Assembly (NCBI GenBank): GCA_964036045.1 | Contig: OZ038379.1 | Location: 6,448,001 to 6,512,000 of the forward strand | Length of the DNA: 64,000 nt | Direction: 5' to 3' | Source: Eutreptiella sp. 'Long Island Sound 2002' | Lineage: Eukaryota > Protista > Euglenida | Shown: in pieces, positions 22,651-35,140 of the stretch | Numbering within the stretch: the first letter of the stretch is position 1 | Layout: each line of letters begins with the position of its first letter | Notes under the pieces: generated by a model | What the model saw: the letters and a program-made list of their open reading frames with translations, nothing else | Databases searched by the model: none | Told to the model about the DNA's origin: nothing | Position numbers and translations under genes: made by a program

Positions 22651-24349
22651 GCGCGCATGGCGCCCCCCATGAGGGAGTGGGCAAACCTCCCGCCTGCCAG
22701 CGCATCTGCCTTCTTGTTCCCTAGTCAGTCCATAGGTAGGCATTGGGTACCGGGCTTGTTCGGGCCCACCACCCATTTCAACACCATTGGTCTGCTTTTC
22801 TGTGAACAACATCCAAAACATGCCACGAATCTCCAAAGATCACCATTTTCTCGTTTTCTTGTGGGACCAAGTGGATTGCTACCTGCAATGCCGCCCAGTT
22901 CTTGCTTGGTCTATCTTTCATCAACATAGGGGGGGGGGGGGGCTAAATTTCCTTTTCCCCATGGCTGTACATCTTTACTCTCCTTGGAACCCCACTTTGC
23001 GATAGTACTTTGATGATCCATCAAAATAAAAATGTCACATTCTTGGTGAAACAATAGGCCCAAATCCATCCGAAACAATAGGCCCGAGTTATGAATGTTT
23101 CAATTTCGACGTTGTATAGGTCATTTTGCTCAATCCACCCACTTTTCTTCGGTTAAGGTGGATGGTCTACAAGCTATTGGAGTAAATGTTTGCATTATTC
23201 TTGCTTAAGATGAACTATTTCCTCTCATACTTGCCACTTTTAGCCCCCCATTTGCCATGTAAATAATGCGCACAAAGTGGCAACACATTGTTTGAACGCA
23301 ACAAGGCTTTTCTTTTCATGGTGCTGGCACCATGAAAAAAAGCCGTACAAAGCACGACGAATTCATGTGAACCTTCCCTTCCACAAAACTTTCACAAGAT
23401 GTCATTTGTGGTGTCTTGTCTTCCACTCGTCTAACATGTGCATCGCATTTCGCTACAAACATATGATCATAAACCCGACATCATCCAATACGACACCATC
23501 GCCACGTGAATTATCTCAACCAATATCAATCTCCGCTTCCCTCCGCCCCCCTCCGCTTGTTCCCGCAGACGCCCAGGTGAGAGGGTGCCCAGCGCACCTG
23601 CACATGCCCATCCATCTCACATAGCCACACAATCTGCGCTCACAGGTCCTTGTGTCCCACTTCCCCTGTGGAGCACCGCCACCAAATACTGCAGTTTGGA
23701 CAAGGAAACCCTTGGACATAAGCAGACAGCGGTCACTACGCTCGGAAGCATCTCTCCAGTATCATCCACACGGGGCATGTAGTACGAAAACAGCGAAGCT
23801 GCGACGAAAGATGTTGCTGGGCCACAATTCCGACGATGCTCGTTACCATGGGTGTAGACTCAGAATCCGAGTGCCGCATGTTGCGGCAGGAGAGTGTTCT
23901 CCGAATTTAATCCCCCCCCCAAAAAACATTGGAGTCCCTCTCTCGTCATGAAGGCTGCACCAAATTGGGGAAATGGTGTACTAATGTTTTGATGGCTGCA
24001 ATCACTGAAATTGTTGCATGTTCGACTCGGAGACTTCTAGCAAGGCCAAAATGTCCGAAGAAAGGCATGAGGTGGACACAGGCGGAGGCACTGCAGTGGG
24101 CACAGCCGAAGGCGCAGGGGTATTCTGAAACCAGACTGAGAGGTGAGGGCTAGATGGCATCCGAACAACCCTCACCCAAAAACACTGCCCACAGTTGCCA
24201 ACGGCAAGGGTGTGGATAGCCCCTCCGCGGCCAGCAATGTCTACAACCATCCTTCTGCCTTGACAATAGGGGTTGCCCCACTCATTGCAGACCATGAGTT
24301 CCATTGCCCATGAAGGCAGGGGGGGGGGATTGCGGTCAGGGAGGGTCCA

Positions 24350-24760
24350 ATCCAATTGCGAAAAATTGCGGGAAAATTGCGGGAAAATTGCGGGGAAATT
24401 GCGGGGAAATTGCGGTGTTGTAACCAAACCATAGTGACCCTATCGAAGCCTCAAGGAACAAGAATTCTGCACGAGAGCCTCAGAATATTGAAACAGATCG
24501 AATCGTCCACAGGTATCAGTGTTACGACGACAAGCGGCCCTCAATCTGATCATGAAATTGAAGCACAATTCACTGTTTTTGGGGGCAAGAAAACATTGAA
24601 GGATATTGTTCTGCAACAGTTGTTCGCAAAGGCGAAGCGCACCAATAAGCACGCAAAGCGATTGCGAAAAAATTGCTGAAAAAAGCGGAAAATTGCGCAA
24701 AAATGTGGAAAATTGCGAAAAATAGCGAAATTGCAAGAAATTGCGAAAAATTGCGGACCT
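24350..24760. repeat. Two tracts of (GAAAATTGCG)n-like repeats (24352-24415, 24660-24756)
   Basis: Read directly. The second tract ends in a C-tract just 3' of the RAP gene. Confidence 0.85.
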
Positions 24761-24881
24761 CAACCCCCCCCCCCCCTTGCCAGGAAAGCCTTTGGATCTC
24801 CCCATCGCCCATCACCATGACCTGTGCCGAAACCATCCCACCCGCGCATTACCCCATCCCTGGCAGCCCCAACGGTCAATT

Positions 24882-25331
24882 TCATGGTGTATCCCCAAGG
24901 CCCAGCCGCTGCAGGTACCTCCGCCGTTCTGCCTCAGCCATTCCGTCCCACTCCCAGAACGGCACAGACACAACGCGGTACCCAAAGCACTGCAGCTGCC
25001 GTCGCTTCAACAACGTCGCCCCCGAAGCCGCAAAGCCCCCGGGGCCCTGCACAAAATGTGATGGGCCGTCCACCTCCACAACAACGCGGCGCTTCTGCAG
25101 CAGAATGTCCGCACTGTACCCCCCAGCGTCAGACAACACGACCTCTTCAACAAACTTCACGTTCATCTGCCGGAGCACCGCGGCCACAGACCTCTGCAGC
25201 CGCGAAGGAGCCGCACGTTGTGAGGCCTCTGTAAAATGCCTGGCACACTTCTCTACGAACGAGCTCTTGCACCGAAGCACTTTGCTGCTGAGCGGAAGGT
25301 GCTGCTGTTGCAATTGCACGTGCAGAAAGAC
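24882..25331 (-). CDS. OPR/RAP protein, exon 2 (RAP domain, stop)
   Basis: TTCAG|GTC acceptor, phase 0; 149 codons then TGA. YSADILL...VVVEVDGPSHF...GATLLKRRQLQCFGYRVVSVPFWEW is the canonical RAP domain signature. Confidence 0.95.
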   Translation of the reverse strand, partial: VFLHVQLQQQHLPLSSKVLRCKSSFVEKCARHFTEASQRAAPSRLQRSVAAVLRQMNVKFVEEVVLSDAGGYSADILLQKRRVVVEVDGPSHFVQGPGGFAASGATLLKRRQLQCFGYRVVSVPFWEWDGMAEAERRRYLQRLGLGDTP

Positions 25332-26047
25332 CTGAACAGAAATGTGAGTGAGTGAGGCCAAATGTTTGGGTGCACAGATGACTTCTTGTGACAAACAGAA
25401 CTGTACGACCCACAGCGATTGGCAGTCAATCCGTTGATAGGGACGGCTGCAGTGGGGGGGTCGAGGTCACAGAACCCTCCGGGGCATTGGAGGGGGGACC
25501 GGTTTGGGACTGGGACAACGAGAGAGCGCCAACTGCGATCGCCAAGTTAAACCCACCACTTTCCTTCCATTTTCCCGTGAACGCTGCTGATCTGACATCC
25601 TCAGCCACGAACGAGACAGACCAGAAGTATGTGCACCACTTTCTGACACAAGACGCTCTGTTCATAAATTCATGCAAAAACAACCCTCAAATCTGCAGGT
25701 GCAGATGGTTTTCATTGCCAAGTGTTGCCCAATGAAACGTCGCACACAACTACCCCTGACCTCCGGCTGAAACCGCACCCCGAAATCACGACTTTTAATG
25801 GCACTCTTTGCACGTCACAGGCCTTAGCTTCACCCTACGAGTGAACAGCACGTCGAACCTCAAAAGCACCCCTAACGACGACTTCTCCGTGGCGCCCAAA
25901 GACGACAATCTGCCTTGTGCTGGGGTCCTTGCCGTTAAGTACTCACTCACCGCACCACATTTGCAGCAAGCTCCCCCACAGTGATTTGTTGCTCAAAGAG
26001 TAGAAGAGAAGTAGAACAGGATCGCATACAAAGCCATCAAAACGTAC

Positions 26048-28666
26048 CTGATGCAGTTGAGACAGTTCAAACGAATACATGGTCTTCTCAGTGATGTCAG
26101 CAAATGCCCGGTCAAGAAGGCCGGTAATGGTGGTGTCATGCGAGCTGTCAAGTACAGCAAAACTCCACACAGTGTTGGTAACGTTCTGTGCATGGAATGT
26201 GGTCAAGAAGTCTTCATGTAACATCCGGTGTGCCATGGCAGCCATTAGGTCATCATTACGCACACCTAATGTTGCAAAACCCCACACAGTGTTGGCAATC
26301 CCCTGTGCATTGAATGTGGTCAAGAAGTCTTCATGCAACATCCGATTTGCCATACCTACCATCAGGTCCCCATTATGTACACCCAGTGTGGCGAAGCCCC
26401 ACACAGTGTTGGCAATCTCCTGTGCATTGAATGTGGTCAAGAAGTCTTCCTGCAACATCCGATGTGCCATAGCTACCATCAGGTCCCCATTATGTACACC
26501 CAGTGTGGCGAAGCCCCACACAGTGTTGGCAACGTCCTGTGCATTGAATGTGGTCAAGAAGTCTTCATGCAACATCCGCCGTGCCATAGCCGCCATCAGG
26601 TCCTCATCATGTACACCCAGTGTGGCGAAGCCCCACACAGTGTTGGCAACGTTCTGTGCCTTGAATGTGGTCAAGAAGTCTTCATGCAACATCCGGTGTG
26701 CCATAGCAGCCATCAGGTCCCCATTATGCACACCCAGTGTGGCGAAGCCCCACACAGTGTTGGCAACGTTCTGTGCATTGAATGTGGTCAAGAAGTCTTC
26801 ATGCAACATCCGGTGTGCCATAGCCGCCATCAGGTCCTCATTATGTACACCCAGTGTGGCGAAGCCCCACACAGTGTTGGCAACGTTCTGTGCATTGAAT
26901 GTGGTCAAGAAGTCTTCATGCAACATCCGGTGTGCCATAGCCGCCATCAGGTCCTCATTATGTACACCCAGTGTGGCGAAGCCCCACACAGTGTTGGCAA
27001 TCTCCTGTGCATTGAATGTGGTCAAGAAGTCTTCATGCAACATCCGGTGTGCCATAGCTACCATCAGGTCCTCATTATGTTCACCCAGTGTGGCGAAGCC
27101 CCACACAGTGTTGGCAACGTTCTGTGCATTGAATGTGGTCAAGAAGTCTTCATGCAACATCCGGTGTGCCATAGCCGCCATCAGGTCCTCATTATGCACA
27201 CCCAGTGTGGCGAAGCCCCACACAGTGTTGGCAACGTCCTGTGCATTGAATGTGGTCAAGAATTCTTCATGTAACATCCGGTGTGCCATAGCCGCCATCA
27301 GGGCCCCATTATGTACACCCAGTGTGGCGAAGCCCCACACAGTGTTGGCAATCCCCTGTGCAATGAATGTGGTCAAGAAGTCTTCATGCAACATCCGGTG
27401 TGCCATGGCAGCCATCAGGTCCCCATCATGTACACCCAGTGTGGCGAAGCCCCACACAGTGTTGGCAATCTCCTGTGCATTGAATGTGGTCAAGAAGTCT
27501 TCATGCAACATCCGATGTGCCATAGCCGCCATCAGGTCCCCATTATGCACACCCAGTGTGGCGAAGCCCCACACAGTGTTGGCAACGTCCTGTGCATTGA
27601 ATGTGGTCAAGAAGTCTTCATGCAACATCCGGCGTGCGATAGCCGCCATCAGGTCCCCATTATGTACACCCAGTGTGGCGAAGCCCCACACAGTGTTGGC
27701 AACGTTCTGTGCCTTGAATGTGGTCAAAAAATCTTCATGCAACATCCGGCGTGCCATGGCAGCCATCAGGTCCCCATTACGTACACCCAATGTGGCGAAT
27801 GCCCACACAATGTTGGCCACACTTTGGGCTGAGAGCTGTTCAATCATACGGTCATCCGTCACACACGTTGCAAGCGCCTCCATCAGCTCCGGGTGGGGCA
27901 TGCCTACCTTGGCCAAGGCCCAGCAGGTCATGGAGATCTCTTGGCCACTGAGGTTGGGCACAAGGTCACGCCGAAGCATCTGTTGTCCGATTCCATGCAC
28001 CAGGGCCTTGTCGCGAAGTCGCATCTTACTGAATGCATGCAGTAGCTGCACTGCCTGACGCCCGTTAAGAGCCCGCAGCACTTCCGCGTCGAGGATGCGA
28101 CGCCGCAAGGCACGCACTGTTTCATTTCTGGGCTTCGTAATGAGCCTCCGGACTTCACTGCTACGCGCACAAAGAGATGCCACTTGCCGAGTTATCGCCA
28201 CCAGGTTAGTGGGCGTGTATCTGGCAGCCCCCCTCTCCACCTCCGCACACACCAGCGCAAACTCTTCGTCCGCATCACCGGACTGCACCTTCCGTCGCAG
28301 CGGTCTCGGGAATCGTTCTGCCTTTGTTGGTGTGTGGCCACGGCCCTTATCCCGCCGCTGTCCTCCAGGTCCCTTTCGGCTGCTGAACATGCGGCGCACC
28401 ACGATCGAGCCCCGGGACCCCAGGCCACGGAACATGGCACGAGACATGGAAGTGGTACCTGCAGCGCCTGCAGTGCGCGCTACAGCGGCACCGGTGCACG
28501 AGCGGCCAGACACGCCTCCCCTCAGGCATTTGTAGTCCAGTCGGTGCCCGGCGAGGGACACCGTCCCCTTGGCAGCGTGACTGAGGGATGTGATGCCCCT
28601 TGTGCTGAGCGCGGCCCATGAGGACGTTGCCTGTGCCCTCTGCAACCAACGCAGTATCGCATGCAT
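26048..28666 (-). CDS. OPR/helical-repeat RAP-domain protein, exon 1 (presequence plus 39-aa repeat array)
   Basis: ATG at 28666, 3 nt after a TCTCAACAG acceptor; 873 codons. Arg/Ser/Ala-rich N-terminus ending RRMFSS. Repeats of the F.AQ.VAN..W.FA.LG type seen in OPR/RAP-associated proteins. Donor CAG|GTACGT. Confidence 0.92.
26192..27829 (-). repeat. Coding tandem array: 14 x 117-bp (39-aa) near-identical repeats
   Basis: The 117-bp period was read directly (e.g. TGAATGTGG at 26311 and 26428). Consensus AQxxANTVWGFATLGVHNxDLMAAMAHRMLHEDFLTTFN. Confidence 0.98.
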
Positions 28667-29585
28667 GCGCTGTTGAGACACGAGGAAGTGCTGCAGCAGC
28701 CACAACACACTCGATATGACTCAATATCATACCCCTCGATGGGTCAAGGGAGCATGACTCCGTGTACACAGTGGTCTGCCTCCTTGTGAGCGGACACTCC
28801 ACACAGGTGTGTACTGAAGAATGGAGGACCTCCTTCGGTTTGTGCCTCCAATCTTGCATTGCAGAACTTGTACGTTAATTTTCGTTGTTGGCTCGAGAGG
28901 GGTACTTGCATTTTACTCTTCCGTTTCCTTTCCTTCGCGGATTTCAACACATTGTGCAGGTGCAATATTAGGCTGGTGGCTGCTGGCAGACTGCATTTTT
29001 GGGATTTGGCCAGGCACTTTGCCTGTTGGTGGATATGGGGGAGAGAGGGGAATAAAAGAGCGGCTAATCAGTCACCAAATGGCACAGTGACACAGGCAGA
29101 CAGTCATTGAATGAAATATTCACAAAATTCAGATGTGCTTCCATTGTTTGTCTTGACGCCATTCAGCCATTTATTGACGCCCGAGCGGCAGGCCGGTTAC
29201 ATTGTCTTGGAACATGTTTCACAGTCAGGCTCACTGCCTCCCAATCCCCTTCAATCCTGGGGAGGGAGGCGGGGATGCCACAAAGGTGGGTCCTGCTTTT
29301 TTTGTTGATGCAGGTCACAGCTCCATGTAACTGACATCCCAAGCCGTCATACGTTGTACACACTCCACACAACTCCCCCAGCCAGCAAGAGATGCTGTAC
29401 TCAATGCAATATTGCACACCATCCGGCATATCACGGATCCCTTGCCCATGAAGGCGCTTGGGTCCCCCCCTCATCTTTCCCTAACTACCCACCCATGCCG
29501 ATGGGATGGAACAGCCGTTGGTTGGTTGGTATGAGTGAAGTGTAGCCGGTTCTGGCTTTCATCTGTCCAGGTGGGCTGGATTTGC

Positions 29586-30428
29586 TCACGGGGGCCGCCG
29601 CCAACCAATGTGTGACCCCGAGGGGTGTGCGACTGTTTTGGGGGCTGCCGGGGGGGGGGGGCACCCCCCCACCCCCTTCGTTGACCCAAACCCAGCATGT
29701 TTCCGCCAGGCACCTCTAAGCGCGCAAACAGACAAAGACAAAGCTAACAAGACGCACTGTGACCGGCCATAGCTCGTGATTGCTTTGCTGCACTGCAGCA
29801 CTTCCAGCACATAGTCACTAACGCCTGACGGGGCACTACTGCTAGAGGATGCACTCGTACAAGAGGAGGCATTGGTGTTGGAGTTGCTGCTACTACTACT
29901 GCCACTACTACTACTACCCTGGTTTGGCCCAAAGAAAAGAGCACGGAGAACATTGGGCAGGGCCGGCGGCGCAGCAAGCTTCGCCTTCGGTGGCAATGGG
30001 GCCTGGAAATTGTCAAAGGCTTGCAACACTTTTGTTTTCTCCTCTTCGCTGCACCCGGCATAGTCATGGGACACACCGGGGTGCGCTTGTGCCATGTGGT
30101 GTGGCATGGCATAGGTGCAATGCCATTTTCAGCAATCAAGCACCTTGCAGCGAACCGGCAGGTTGGTGCTAGGGTTCGTCGCTGTTGGGGTGGCCGCGCT
30201 GTTTAGCCGTAGCCGATGGTACGCGAGACTGCAATTGCTGTCAATTTTCTTGCCATCCACACTTGTGCTGCACTTGCCATCTGTGTTGCCACACCACAGG
30301 CAAAACGCAATTGTATTTGCACCTTCTTGGCCGGCCCACCGGTGGCCTCGCAAAAAGTGCCCAGCAACGTGCGACCGCATTGAAGCGTGTATGAAAAATC
30401 GGTCGCAGTCTGGAAAAGGGTAGGGCAT
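29586..30428 (-). mobile_element. Decayed multi-zinc-finger ORF, probably transposon-associated
   Basis: Two listed ORFs lie in the same frame, separated by one TGA: PFPDCDRFFIHASMRSHVAGHFL...CLWCG....C...SNC...STNLPVRCKVLDC*KWHCTYAMPHHMAQAHP, followed by a poly-Ser tract. Confidence 0.5.
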
Positions 30429-32349
30429 ACATTAAAGCATACATTAAAAAAAGGGGGCGCTGTTGGCGCCATGCGAAAAAAAGGGGGCTCCGTTGGTGCC
30501 ATGCCCCCAACCCACTATCTCTCAAAAACCCGTCTCCGTCCCCAACTGAAAGGGCCACACCACGGCGTGGGAGTCAAAAAAAAAAAAGAAAGCGGGAGGC
30601 AAAATCGTTTAACTTGTCTTGTCCCCATGCAGAGGGGCCCAACAAAAGCAGGAGGTCGCTTTGTGCATTTTTGAATTCCCCTAAAAAATCTGAGCATTTT
30701 GGGTATAAACGCATGTCGTGAAAACCAAACTTTGCCCTATACCGGGTTCCTAAAACAAAATCTCCGGCGCCGACAAAGCACATTGTTCCGTGTAACAATT
30801 TTGGGGTCCGTAGAGCCCCCCCCCCCCCCCCCTTTGAGGTCGGGTCCTGACCAGGATCGGCCCCCATGGATTTGCTTGAATAAAATGGCTCTTGGATACC
30901 ATCCATGTAGAGAAAATGCTTGGTTTTTGCTACACCTTGTCAAATTAGTTTGGGGCAATAGTAAGTTGAACCTTTTGAGCCGATGAAAATGGTGGAATGC
31001 CAAAGTGGCGCCTCTTGCAAATCAGAAGAAACTTTAACTTTGACGCCTTGGGATGTAGAGGAGTAGGCCTTGGGGCAGTGTGCCAGGAAACGCAAGTGCC
31101 TTAAGCCCCCCTTTAAACCCCCCCCACATGTGGTGACACTTCCCCACCCAAGAGATGGGGGGGGGGGCACCACATGACAGCAGCACTAAAACTGCAGCAT
31201 TTCCAGTATAACCTAAAGAAAAATTTCTTTTTCGGCGCCTAGTATTTCCTATGCTTTTTGGGCCAAATGACGCCCCCCCCCCCCCACAGGGGGGAGGGGG
31301 GGCATTCTGTGAGGCTCGCCCGGAGGACCAGAGAGCAGCCTATGTCTCCTCCCCGGCCGCTCGGCTGTGCTAGCCTAGGGCTGTGCTGCATCCTCCGACC
31401 CTGAGGGGAGTTGCGCCTCCTGCAAGCCGCTGGCGGTGGCCGCCGCCCCTCGGGTGAACCCCATGGCCAGCAATGAGCCCGTCCGCGGCACTGCCTGGGT
31501 GCTCATTGATCCCCCTGACCGCTGCGGTTGGGAGGCTGTGGCAGCTGCGCTGCTACACCCACCGTGGGGCCAGCCCTGCACTGTCTCGGCTCCCCGGGGC
31601 CTCAATATGGTCAGGTTGCAGTGTCCGCATTAGGCTCTGGCCGCACCTGCCCCGCGACTGTCATCGCCTTCTGTCCATCTTGCCAACTCGTGGTGTGTCC
31701 GTTAAGTGTCTGGCGAACTGGCTCCCCCGGGGGGGGAGGGGGGTCCTCTGCCCTCTTTCCCCCGCGCCTCCTGAGGCCAGGCCCGCTCGGCCATCGCTCT
31801 GTGCGGGCCCCATGCCGGGGCTGTCTTCCCCTGAGGGGGGGGGGGGGGGGCATCCCCTGCCCCGTTCTCTCGTGCCCCCCGCTGGCGGTCTGCCCCCGAG
31901 CCACTCTGAGCTGGCACCTGCTTGGACGCTGATAGTGCGGCCGATATATTGTGCGATGCTGAGGTGATCCCTCCCCCTGGGTTCCCCCCCGGGCTGCACC
32001 CCCCCATCGCTCGCACCCTAGCACCCTCGCACCGGCGCTGAGTTGCTGCCGCGCGGCGCTGGATCTGCCGCCACTGCTTCCGTCCTCTGCCGGATGGCCT
32101 CCGGCTGCCCCTCGACCGGGCCCTCATCGTGCGCCCACCCCCCCCCAGCATGGGTGGCGGCCTTGTACAGCAGCACTGCTGCAAGAGGGGGGCGGGGTGC
32201 TTGCAGGGTGGCTGTCCCAGCTGCAGCCAAGGTGGCAGCGTGGCATCGTGGTGTGACAAAAAAATTGGCATAATCTTTTTTTACTTGGTTTTACTAAAGT
32301 TTACTAAGTTACTAGTATTTTTTTACTCTGGAAATACATGGGGTGTGGT

Positions 32350-33000
32350 GGAGGCTGCCACACTCGCCAAGACACCTTGATGACGAATGCTGATTTACGA
32401 AAGTTGATATGGAGTCCCGAAAATTTAGAGAATTCATGTAGCAGTTGAAGCACATGGCAACTGAACTGGTGCACCTTGTGCGTTTCAAAAATGAGGGGAA
32501 AAACCATCCACATGGCGGTAGATGCCCAGTGTGCCTGGGGCTTCTTGTAGCAAAACCACAGTTGATGCACAGGAATAAAAAAGCATCAAGTAAAGGAGGT
32601 CTCCTTGCCCTTATGGCTGCTTGCTGGCTGGCTAAGAATATGGTCCTTTTCAATGCCTTTGCCAACCAGGAAGGAAAATCAACAAAGAGGGCGGTGCAGT
32701 CTGGTACATTCTTTTGTGATCAAACACAATGAAGCTCAGTCCGTGGGTACACATGTACAACAAGGCAATCCTGCGCTGTCAAGGAGGGCCTGAACCGTGT
32801 GGCCGAGTGGCGTTTCAGAAGAGAAGTGATTGCGGACGGACAAAGCCAAGGCTAATGCCCCCCTCAAATCCCAGGGTCGCCAGGGTCCTGCAGAGCCGTA
32901 CTGCATCCTCTGGGCCAGTTGCATGCTGGACTATGTCGTGCCTTTTGGAGGCTGGGGTCAAGCAAGGCGTGAGTTCAACAACTGTAAGGTCATTCTAGTT
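32350..33000 (-). mobile_element. Decayed L1/Tx1-like non-LTR retrotransposon reverse transcriptase
   Basis: Motifs appear in the correct order across frameshifts: RTLATLGF, FLVGKGIEKDHILSQ (RGVRQGxPLSP-like), IYRHVD (YADD-like) and LLHEFSKFSGLHINFRKS. Confidence 0.6.
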
Positions 33001-34210
33001 GTGTGCCTGACAAGATACCACACTTATCATCTTGATTCTGGGTGAGGTCAGCTCCACAGCCGTGGTGAGATTGTGGCAATGCACTAACTAATCATAGCAA
33101 GGCACAAGGCACCGCAGGTGTACACCGGCAGAGCTGACTATGGGAGCGAATTCTTGACGAAAATGCGCTCCCCATTACCGTTGAAAGAACGCTGCAAATC
33201 CACACCCACTTTGGCTTGTGGGTGTAGAGCAAAGAGGGCGGTATGTTTTCTTGGATTACCCCAATCCTTTATCTCAATGTCTGCAAATTTCACTATCATA
33301 TGCACAATGCACATTGTGAAGCACACCTATTGATCATCAAGTCATTCTTGTTCTGCGAGTTCTGCTGCTGTTGTCAAAGGTCTTGCACCGTAAAGTTCTA
33401 AAAACCTGGGGGAGGGGGAGGGGGAGTAGGTTTGAGGAACGTGCAGACAAATTTTGCAAACTACCATCGTCTGCAGTTCAAACCTGCCCATTGTGATGTG
33501 GCACACCCCTTTCCGCAAGTCCAAGGTCGGAGATACTGATGATCGGACGAGGATGCGGTGCTTAGACAAGGCCGTGTTGACGCGATCCGGGGGTAAGCAT
33601 GGGGTGGGGGGGGGGGGGGTATGGGCCCCGTTGCAACACAATTGGCGGAAAATCACATCAACACAAACGGAAGTGGGTTGCAGTCTCAAGCACAATGTTG
33701 TTATGACCCAAAACAACATCCACAGGACATGACCCAGCCCCTTCTTCCCATGACAACCGGCTCACAAAAATGTCTCCTCGCAGCGTTGGCATGTGACACC
33801 AGCGAAGCGCCATACTGGATGAGTGGTTGTGACATCATGATCTTGGGATGCACTGTGCAGAGGTGTCGTGGTAGTGCTGTGTGCGCTGTGCCCGCCCCCT
33901 GTGCATCTTTTCCCACTCAGCAAGATTGCAGGCCCCTCTTCAAGGGTTCACAACACATCCTCCCCTGCCCCAGCAAAACCACAAACGAAACAGCAGCAAC
34001 CATGCGAGATGGAGAACATCACAGCGCAGCCCGGATCATTGGCTTGGATTTGGCCCGCGGTTCTGAGCAAAGCGTGTGCAGTGGGGAGAGCATGCGGTTT
34101 GCAAATAGGTACTGTACAGTGTATCCTACACTGTTTTTCTCGGAGAATACCGGTACCAGGTATCCGGTACTGGCTGGTCTTGAGGTATCCCAACGATCCA
34201 GCCTATTGAA

Positions 34211-34584
34211 TCACTTTGCTGCTGCTTCAGCCTCAGCCAGCATCTTACGGCTTTTTACCATTTTCTCCTCACGCGCCTTCATTTCATCGGCTGTTACTTT
34301 TTTACGAATTTCAATGAAGTCTTTGTAATCTTTGGGCTCCCGCGGCAAGCCAAGTGTCTCAGCGGCCGCCTTTGGGTCTCCACCGAGGGACTCCCAAGTA
34401 TCCTTGTATGACTTCTCGTGAAAACCACCAAAAAAGGTGGCTTTGATCATGGCGATGTAGTCTTCGTAATCTTTTGGAGCATGCGTCCAGCGAAATTCCG
34501 CTTTACCTTCTCAGGGTCCTAATGGTTAGCGTCCCATATATCCTTGACATGCTTCTCTTCAAAATCAACGGGTCCAGAGGCCAT
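34211..34584 (-). pseudogene. Disrupted ~124-aa protein with two ~45-aa internal repeats (unknown family)
   Basis: AG acceptor 31 nt before the ATG at 34584. In-frame TAG at codon 22 (34521-34519) and a 1-nt frameshift near 34500; the span of 374 nt is one short of 125 codons. Repaired, it reads FEEKHVKDIWDANHxDPEKVKAEFRWTHAPKDYEDYI...FHEKSYKDTWESLGGDPKAAAETLGLPREPKDYKDFI. Confidence 0.7.
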
Positions 34585-34658
34585 GCCGGGACAAGGCCGA
34601 CAGACAGTTGTGTTTCTGTTAACAACCGAGAATGATCACAACACAACTTGAGCCTTGA

Positions 34659-34674
34659 GCAACAACAACAACAA

Positions 34675-34719
<45 letters not shown>

Positions 34720-35140
34720 TAGCAACAACAACAACAGCTAAAACACCTACCCCGCCCCCCCCCCTTGTCCAAGCACCGCCAACGGCACAAAAATTGACGG
34801 TTTCACCGGGTAGTGGTGCTTGGACAAGGGGGGGTGTTTGAATAGGCAAAGTAGGACACAGTGCAAAAAATGACGGTTTCACCGGGTAGTGGTGCTTGGA
34901 CAAGGATGGTGCTTGGACAAGGCTGGTGCTTGGACAAGGGGAGGGGGGGTGCGACAACTGCATTATCAACAACAACTACAACAACGGCAACTACAACATC
35001 AATAGCAACAAATACATCATCAACAACATTGGTAACAACAAACATCAAACAACAACTAGATCATCAATAACAACAACAGCAAACAAGAAGCCACACAAAA
35101 TATAAATATAATCAACAACAACAACAACAACAACAGAACT
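34659..35140. repeat. (CAG)n/(CAA)n microsatellites, short GGTGCTTGGACAAGG repeats and an (AAC)n-rich tract
   Basis: Read directly from the sequence. Confidence 0.9.

Noticed and set aside
26079-28058. 659-aa and 313-aa + strand repeat ORFs, the latter with CxxC/His patterns resembling zinc fingers (QCGEAPH...CIECGQ)
   Set aside because: They are antisense shadows of the 117-bp coding array. Only the minus frame has a start context, a presequence, a splice donor and a RAP domain.
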